DNA of 64,000 nucleotides from the human T2T-CHM13v2.0 reference genome, Homo sapiens. The stretch lies in NCBI RefSeq assembly GCF_009914755.1, contig NC_060926.1; one strand, given 5' to 3'. The notes under the pieces were generated by a model, which was not told where the DNA came from, did no database searches, and was given only the letters and a program-made list of their open reading frames with translations. The position numbers were made by a program, and so were the translations under genes. Of the stretch, positions 54,768 through 64,000 are shown one piece after another (position 1 is the stretch's first letter; every line of letters begins with the position of its first letter).

Positions 54768-55319
54768 TGTTTAAGTTGACACAAAAAGCATAAGTAAGAA
54801 TAAATGAGATGAAAGGCAGGGTGATGCCAAACATAGCCCATTGGCAGCTGATCTGCATGTTGTTAAAGGATACAACTTCTAGGAATAATACACGAAAGTG
54901 AAAGGGAAATAATGATTAGTCAGATTACACGTCCTGTCTCTCACAGTTTGCTATTCAATGCCAAGAAATAAAAAGCACCAGAAGTGTCATAACAGGTATA
55001 ATGTTTCATGGGTACAACAGTCCATTTAACAGAGATATAAAAAATGGAGTGTTTTTGACTATTTTTTAACCTTCTGTCAGATGACTTACCACAAAAGCTT
55101 TCAGGTAAATTCAATTCCATTGAGCGTTAGCTACGTTAGCAATACTCCAGTGATGCCCAAAAGTTCATCTCCACATCATTGTTTTTCCTTTAAAGACCCT
55201 CTTTTTTTTCTCCTTCACATCCTACTTTGAAATGCATAGAATTTGGTCTCTGCATGTCAATTCCCAATAGTATGGTTTAGCATTGAGTATGTATGCTGGT
55301 GGTGTGAGAAGGAGAGGGC

Positions 55320-55700
55320 TCTTTGTTTGTGTGCTGGAAAAAAATACCAGAAGTTAGGTAATTTATAAACAATATAAATTTATTTCTCACCATTTTGGAG
55401 CCTCGAAAGTCCAAGATTAAGGCATCATCAGGAATGATGTCTGGTGAAGGCTGTGCTCTTTTTCCGAGATGACACCTTATTGCTGCATCCTCTGGAAGGG
55501 ATGAATGCTACATCCTGACATGGTGGAAAGGACAAAAAGACAAGATAAGTTTTCCTTGTAAAAGGATGCTAATCCCATTCATGAAGGCAGAACCCTCATG
55601 GCTTAATCACCTCCCAAAGGCCACATTTATTAATACTATGGCATTGGGGATTAAGTTCAATGTAACATTTGGAAGGAGCACCATCATTCAAACCATAGCA
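55320..55700 (-). mobile_element. MLT1A-like solo LTR
   Basis: taatttataaacaa...tttatttctcac...aagtccaagat...ctaatcccattcatga...cattcaaaccatagca. Confidence 0.8.
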
Positions 55701-56295
55701 GTTCATTCCATTAGGATATAGTGGACTGACAACATGGTGGGAATTATGCATTCCATCTTGTTAGACTCCAGAGCTCATCTAGGCTGGCCCATGGGCTGAT
55801 GTACCTCTATTTTGGCCACAGCCAGGTGCTGATGTTGGTGCACCTTTAGTCCCCTCCCAGCTCCCTATATGCAGTGCATGTGTACTTACCTAAGGTGAAC
55901 CCCCTTTTCCCACATTGCTGATTCTTGGCGTGGTTTCTTGGCTCTCTTATCCAGCCAGACTCAGTAGTTTGCTGCAGGCCTGTGGGAAAAATACCTTTCC
56001 TCAGGTGTACCTCACCCTCAGATCAGTGCAAAGCTGAGCAGGTAACTGAGCACCTCCTCATGTCTTCATACCACCATCCTTTTTTCTGGGGCCTAACTGT
56101 GGGGCTTCCTTTCTTGTTCTTCTAATGAAAAGCAGCACACCGGCCTCCTCTTCACTAATATTTCCCATTACCTTGCAAGAAACTCCTTTGCTTCTTTCTC
56201 ATCCTTCTGATTTCCTTGGGAGAGGAGACACAAACACCACCTTCTGTACCTGCCTTTCCCCACCTCATCTCTCTGTGTCCACCAATGCCTCACTC

Positions 56296-56510
56296 GGGGT
56301 TTTTCAACTTTGGCACTATTGATATTTTGGATCTTAGCACCATTGACATTCTTTGTTGTGGGGTTTGTCCTGTGTGGGTCAGATGTTGAGCAGCATCTCT
56401 GGCCTCTACCCACTAGATGCCAGTAGCAACTCTCCAATTGCAACAATCAAAAATATATTCAGGCATTGCTGAATGTCTTATGCAGACAAAATAGACACCC
56501 TCTGCCCCCA
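56296..56510 (-). mobile_element. MER20 (hAT-Charlie)
   Basis: ggcactattga...agcagcatctctggcctctacccactagatgccagtagca. Confidence 0.8.
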
Positions 56511-58101
56511 ACAAAGTAATAGTTTTGTTTACTCTAGGGCAAAGGAGAGAAATGAAGTCTATCAAAATAAATCAATTTTTAAATGTTTCCACTCTCTCGC
56601 CTGAAATCTAGGATTTCTTATTCTCCTCTAATCTCAAGGAGACTGTAAAGTTGGCATTTTTAATTTGCTGAACCCTGGTAAACTCTCGTCTTCTTTTCCA
56701 CCTCCGGGTAATTATAACCCCAAGTCTCCTGGGAAAGCAGAACAAATATTTCATACCAGTTGGTGCTTCCAGGCCACACATTAATATTTTACATGTTATC
56801 TGTCACATGGTTTTACCAAACATCACAAGAAAGGACTTATTGTACAGAGTTAATCATGAAATCATTTCTAACATTTTGACCAATGTAATTATTTGTTTGC
56901 TTTTTTTTTAATGTTAAAATGTTTTCCATTTTGGTGGTATAGAAACCACCAAAAAAATTTTAAAAGCCAAGCAACAGCTATATGGCTATCCCCAATAAAT
57001 CTCATATTACATAATCTTACTTTTCAATTTTCTCACCTTGGACTAAATAATCATTAGATTATTTATATTGACAATCCCAAACTGCCATTATTACTCCCTG
57101 CTACTGATCTGTCACATCTTATCTTCTCAACTTTCTACCCTCTGATTTTTCTACTGTTACAGAGGCAGAATGATTCTGAGAACAAGTCCCATATACTTTC
57201 CTGGTCAGGCCAAGCTGTGCTTTTTGAATATGATACACAATCCAGTAGATAGACTTCTAGGAACCACGTACATCATTTGGTCTATTTTAAAGCGGTTGTT
57301 TTCCATCTCTATCTATGTGTTTAGTAGTTTTACAATTAATATATGATGTATTTAGGTGTAAAGAAGAAAAGCAGTTTGCAAAGAGAATACAATTTTAAGT
57401 TTAATGCAACCTAATGTAATCAATCAGTAGTATTTAACAGAGAGAGAGAAAGAGTACTGCAACTGTTCTGACTATATACTAGTCTAGTTCATTTTAATGT
57501 TCCTACTATAAATGTCTGCATTCACACATTATTATAAACAGGAATCTAAATCATTGTAGCTAGTTTTATGGTATAAACAAAACATTAATAGGAACAACAA
57601 ATTTAGGAGCAATAATGCATTTTCAAGCAAGGGTATTTTTCCCGCCATGTTCTAAAAACTCAAACACATAAATAACCTGATAGCATAATTCTTGAAGTGT
57701 ATATTGTACCAAAGACTAATTATTTTTCTATAGAAATATTGTTAGAAGATTAAATTTTAAAAGGTCACTTCTATTGTGAAATGAAGCTAATTAAAATTAT
57801 ACTTAAAAATGATGGAGATTAAGTTTGTCTTTGAGACCTTATTTATTTTGGACATTCTAATGCCCACTATAATTTTTGGTACATAGTAGGAGTTTAATAA
57901 ATATACACTGAGAAAAGAAATTATTAGAAGTATTACAGTATAATATGTGTGCTGGATAGAGTAATAAAAAGGAAGACATTTGTTACAGTTTTGAAGTGTG
58001 CCTGCACAAATTAAGTGCTCAATAAAAGTTTGTGATCTAAGATGTGATCGTGGGGAAGTGGAAGAGAGAAACCACAGAGTGCTGACAAAGCATTCACTGC
58101 C

Positions 58102-58979
<878 letters not shown>

Positions 58980-59314
58980 AGGTCTCTCAGGAAATGATTT
59001 TTTGTCTTTGTCTATAAAACCACTATAATTCTGAGGTCAGTAAACCAGGTAACTCGTGTGATCTAAAGGTTATACATTAAAGAATAAATTAATAAAAATA
59101 ACCATTGTTTTGTTTTTCCACAATCACTAAACTATGAGTTTTATCTAACATCTTGCAAAGAGATAGGGAAATACACAACAAAACTCTGGGATCTAGAAAA
59201 GGGGTATAAATGGTTGTCATAAACAAAAATAATAGCTGGTAAAGGGATGAGGCAGTTGCTTATAAAAGCAATAGAGAAGAAAACGTGATGTGAGTGGTTG
59301 GTGAATGGGTAATT

Positions 59315-60190
59315 TTCTCACTCAAACAGCTGCTGAGCCCTTGCGATATACCACTCATAGTGAGAAGCTCTGTGGATACAAAAATGATCAAAAATTGCTC
59401 TTTGCTCTCAAGAACATTGTGGTATAATGAAACAGACAGGCACACACAGACTTGCATACACACTTTCCACTATGAAACAATGTGATGAGTGTGAAGAAAG
59501 ATGTTTGTGTGGTGTGTAACAGAGAAGCATTGACTTCTCAGAGGATGTGTCAGGTGTGTCCTCTGGGAAGCAGACAGTGAGGCAATATTAGGCAGGTGTG
59601 AGCTTTACTGGAAGCTAACACCTGTGGAAGGTAATAGGCAGAAAAAGCAGAAACTGACAGGGGGAGGCTGAGAACAAAATGTGGAGCTATCAGTGTCTTG
59701 TCCAATAGAGAGCTCCTGAGCAAAGATTGTCCTTTGAAAGAGTCTTGCTTTGGCCTAAATTCTAGCCCTTGTAATTTTTCCCTGCTCAGTAATTGGTTAG
59801 AAATAGCCTGATTCTTCACAGTGGGGATTCCAGGAAGGATCTCTTAAAGCATGGTGCTCTTGAATTGAGTTGGAAAGGGTGGAAATCTAGGAATGAGTGA
59901 GGCAAAAGAGCCAACAAATTGCATGTTCAAAGTCACAGAGGCTTGACGTGGCACTCTGTGTGGTTCCAAAAGGGTGGGGAAAGAATACTTGTGGAGAAAC
60001 AACCAGATTTGAGCATAGAGAGGTGGACAGGTGTTGGATAATAAAAACCCATATATCTTATATAGTTCAAGCTTCATCTTAAAAGCTATAATGACATTGA
60101 AGTATTATGAATTTTGATCAGAAAATGAAAATGATCAGATTGACATTTTATAAGGTTGTTATTTTAAACCAATGTGAAAAAATAGCCAGT
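59315..60190 (-). mobile_element. L2 fragments interrupted by LTR16
   Basis: ctgtggatacaaaaatgatcaa...tgctctcaagaa; gcatgttcaaagtcacagagg; atgatcagattgacatttta. Confidence 0.5.
59548..59810 (-). mobile_element. LTR16C-like fragment
   Basis: ctgggaagcagacagtgag...aacacctgtggaagg...gagagctcctgagcaaagattgtcctttgaaagagtc. Confidence 0.55.
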
Positions 60191-60498
60191 GCATTGTAGG
60201 TTGCTGAACTTATGAACCATTTTATGAAACTGTAATACATTTGTTCCATGAAAACATGTCTGATAGACAGTAAGTATATGGCCCTGTTTCAAACAGCAGC
60301 TGATAATTGAATACATTGACTCCTAAAGGTAGTGACCTCCAAGGGATAAAAGACATTTTCAGTCCCCTTCAGCTACTATATATCTTTTCTGGATATTCTC
60401 AGAGTCCCCCATGCAATCATGACCACACATTACCCTGGACACATTAGTTTCTCACTGTATTAATGGTCTGTCATATTATTTTTATTGTTAAGCACTTA

Positions 60499-60844
<346 letters not shown>

Positions 60845-60850
<6 letters not shown>

Positions 60851-61029
60851 GGAAGAAAGGAAGAAAAGAAAGAAAGGAAGAAAAGAAAGAAAGAAAGAAA
60901 AAAGGAGGGAGGGAGGGATGGAGGGAGGGAAGGAAGGAAAAAAGAAAGAAAGAAGAAAGAGAAAGAAAGGAGGGAGGGAGGAAAGAAAAAGAAAGAAAGG
61001 AAGAAAGAAAGAAAAGAAAAGAGGAAAGA

Positions 61030-61082
<53 letters not shown>

Positions 61083-61269
61083 AAAAAGAAGGGAGGGAAG
61101 GATGGAGGGAGGGAAGGAAGGAAGAAAAAAGAAGAAAGAAAGAAAGAAGAAAGAAAGAGAAAGAAGGGAGGGAGGGAGGGAGGAAAGAAAAAGAAAGAAA
61201 GAAAAGAAAGAAAGGAAGGAAGAAAGAAAGAAAGAAAAGAAAAGAGGAAAGAGAAGAAAGAAAGAAAGG
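60845..61269. repeat. About 425-bp polypurine tract (GAAA/GGAA/GGGA units)
   Basis: Only two T and no C seen in the tract. Confidence 0.95.
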
Positions 61270-61627
61270 TGATGCCAAATGACCCCAGATTGTTCACGAG
61301 TGGCTGAGATAGTGACGTCTTTTCTACCTAATTGTTCCATGTATATGAACTTTGTTACATGCACAAAATTATTTAAAAGTATTGTATAGAATTGCCTTCA
61401 AGCTGTGTATATAAGGTACATCTGAAACATAAACAACTGTTGTGTTTAGATTTGGGTCCCATTCTCATGGGACCCAAGGATATCTCATCATGTCTATGCA
61501 AATATTTCAAAATCTGAACAAATCACAAATCTAAAACACTTCTTGTCCCAAGCATTTTGGATAAGGGATAGTCAACCTGTAACTGCTTTTATCAAAAGTC
61601 CTAGATGCACTGTAGATGAACCCTATT

Positions 61628-62210
61628 TGTGGTATGTAGCTTTGAAAGGACATCTAATGATTACCACCTACTGGAATTCATGCCATTAAGTGATACCTTC
61701 AAGTTGAGCATGAGCTGAACCTGGTGACTTACTTCCAATGAGTAGAATGTGGCAAAAGTGATAGGATGTCACTTCTGAGATTAAGTTGTAGAGATTGTGA
61801 CTTTCCTCTGGCTTGTATTCTTCCTCTTTCCCATTCTTGCTTTTCCTCTAGCTCTTCTCATGTTTTTGGTCTGATGAGCTTCATTATATTGTGAGCTACT
61901 GTATGAACAAATCTACGTAACAAGAAACTGAGGACTGCCCCCAGCCAACATCCAGCAAAAAATCTAAAATCTACCAACAGCTATGTGAGTAAGTTTAGAA
62001 GCAGATCCTTCTCCAATTGAGCCTTCAGATGAGACCATAGGCTCAAACAATACCTTAATAGCAGCCTTATGAGGGAGATCCTGAATCAGAGAACCTTGTT
62101 AAGCCATGCCTAGATTCCTGACCAAAGAGCCTGTGAGATAATAAGTGTGTCTAGTTTTAAGCCACTACGTTTTCAGATAAACTGTTACTCAGCAATAGAC
62201 AACAAATACA
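61628..62210 (+). mobile_element. MLT1F-like solo LTR
   Basis: tgtggta...ggatgtcacttctgagatta...gagccttcagatgagacc...gcaatagacaacaaataca. Confidence 0.8.
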
Positions 62211-62572
62211 TCATACAAAAAGTATTGGCTCCAGGAAAACATAAATGTTTTTCCTCTAGGAAGAGAAAAATGTTTTCCCAGTAGCTAAAGAGAGGCATGA
62301 GGAATTTGAACCTGAAGCAGGTTTCAAGGGTGAAAACAGGGAGTGAACAGAGCCCCGAGTATATCAGGGATTACACACAGGTTATTATATCTTCTTGAAC
62401 AACCCAAGCATTGTATAAGCAACGTATTTGACAGATAAAATCAAATACTTAGTGGTGGAAATCTAGAAACAGCTGTAGTCACTGAGCTGAAGATCTACAT
62501 GATACAGATAGTAGCTCTGCATTTATGTGAAATACATTTCTCCTTTTTTCTCCCTACAGTTCTTCCTTTCTG

Positions 62573-62581
62573 ACACACACT

Positions 62582-62616
<35 letters not shown>
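62573..62616. repeat. (CA)n microsatellite
   Basis: Directly visible. Confidence 0.95.
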
Positions 62617-62618
<2 letters not shown>

Positions 62619-62645
62619 TAAGAAGGGATAAGTGTGAGATCCTGC

Positions 62646-63056
62646 TGATATAGTTTATTTGTGTTCTTCAAAACTCATGTTGAAATTTGATCCCCAATGT
62701 TGGAGGTAGGGACTGGTGGGAGATGTTTTGGTCATAGGGGCAGATCTCTCATGAACTTGGTGACATCCTCACAGTAATGAGTGAGTTCTTGCTCTATCAG
62801 CTTCCATGATAACTGATTATTAAAAGGAGCCTGGCACCTCTGCCCTCTCCTCTCTTTCTCACAATATGATGTCTGCTCCCCTTTGCTTTCTGCCATAAGT
62901 GGAAGTTTCATGAAACATTCACCAGAAGGAGGCACTCCCATGCTTCTTGTACAGACTGCAGACCAACATAGAAAAGAGCCAAATAGACCTCCTCATTTCT
63001 TTATAAATTACCCAGCTTCAGGTATTCCTTCATACGATGCGAGAGAAACCAAGACA
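62646..63056 (+). mobile_element. MSTB-like solo LTR
   Basis: tgatatagttt...ctcatgttgaaatttgatccccaatgttggagg...ataaattacccag...aagaca; perfect 5-bp TSD cctgc. Confidence 0.88.
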
Positions 63057-63084
63057 CCTGCCATTAGGAAGATCTGGCCTATTG

Positions 63085-63760
63085 ATCTGTTACAAAATAT
63101 TATTTTACCTCTAAGATATTTCTCAAGGTTCTCTATTTCTTTTCATTTCTACCACTACCTGACTAGTCTAGGTTCCTATGCTCTCCTGCCTGAACTACTG
63201 CAAATATTTTAACTACACTCAGTCTTTCTCCCTGCTGTAATCCATTTCACATAAAATGTCACAAGAGGGACATTTCAAAGATACAAACAGGATTGGACAT
63301 TTTTCTACTTTAAACTTTTCAATGGCTTTCCATTACCTTTAACAACTACTCCAAAAAGTCATTAATTTGGCCAAGAAGGATCCTTGTGCATTTGACCTTT
63401 GCTTATCTTACTAGCTTTATCTTATCTTTCTTATCTTCTGCTTGTCTCTCAGATTATTTTTTAAATGTTGTAATTTAAGAAAACTTCACTGATCTTCTAG
63501 ATTAGGTCAATCTCCATGTTACATGATCTGTTTTCTGTCATTACTTTTCTTCAGAACACTTATTACCTTTGTAATTGAATATCATTTATTTAATGAGTTG
63601 TTTATTTCATCCATTAGATGATCATTTCAATTATTCTTTTTTTCTCTTCCATTATACTTTAAGCTCCATCTTCTTCGTTCTTGTATTCTCAGAACTTAGT
63701 ATAATGCTAGTATAAAATATGTGATGAACAAATATTTGATAAAAGATTAAATAGATAGAA
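63085..63760 (+). mobile_element. L2 3' region
   Basis: ctcctgcctgaactactgcaa; aaacttttcaatggctttccatt; terminal aacaaatatttgataaa. Confidence 0.6.
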
Positions 63761-64000
63761 CTGGATTCTATGAAATATCTACTTCTTTATTCCAGATTTC
63801 ATTAGAGAACAGTCTGAATTGCCCAGACTAAAATCCTAGGGCTCTATCCAGGAAGTCACAGGTTTCTTCAACCAAGACTTTCTTCCCCAACCACCAATAC
63901 TCCCCCGACCTCCCCTCAACCTCCACCAGAAACCTGGCCAGGATTCACCAAGCTCTGCCAGTTTTATCTCACAAATACCTGTAAATCCATCTCCTACTTT

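Noticed and set aside
55700-56290. Pyrimidine- and GC-richer block with short ORFs
   Set aside because: Probably an old repeat remnant; I could not support a family or an exon structure.
62536-62559. Strong polypyrimidine-CAG splice acceptor
   Set aside because: Followed by a (CA)n repeat and an MST LTR, with no convincing paired donor.

Overview
AT-rich primate (human-like) non-coding genomic DNA, either intergenic or deep intronic. I can support no protein-coding gene, RNA gene or CpG island. The supplied ORFs are Alu, L1, LTR or low-complexity artefacts, or decayed transposon coding fragments (Tigger1 transposase, L1 ORF2). The window is a dense mosaic of repeats: 13 Alus plus one Alu fragment; L1PA and older L1M pieces; L2 and MIR; two near-complete MaLR proviruses (MLT1A0-like, THE1C); solo LTRs (LTR1, MER41A, MER4A, MER65, MER93, LTR16, LTR40, MST, MLT1); DNA transposons (two Tigger1, Tigger4, MER5, MER20, MER115/Zaphod-like, a mariner remnant); and microsatellites. 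I did not find a new biological system. The most interesting signals are mechanistic scars: a twin-primed, inverted L1PA that appears to carry a 3' transduction (50952-54767); a fold-back Alu that looks twin-primed (25045-25399); a multi-snippet templated junction at about 19.4-19.9 kb; an AluSg/AluY mosaic; a perfect DUX4 motif in a THE1C 5' LTR; and a 425-bp near-pure purine tract. All family names come from remembered consensus sequences, not from a database search, so subfamily calls and old-repeat boundaries are approximate.
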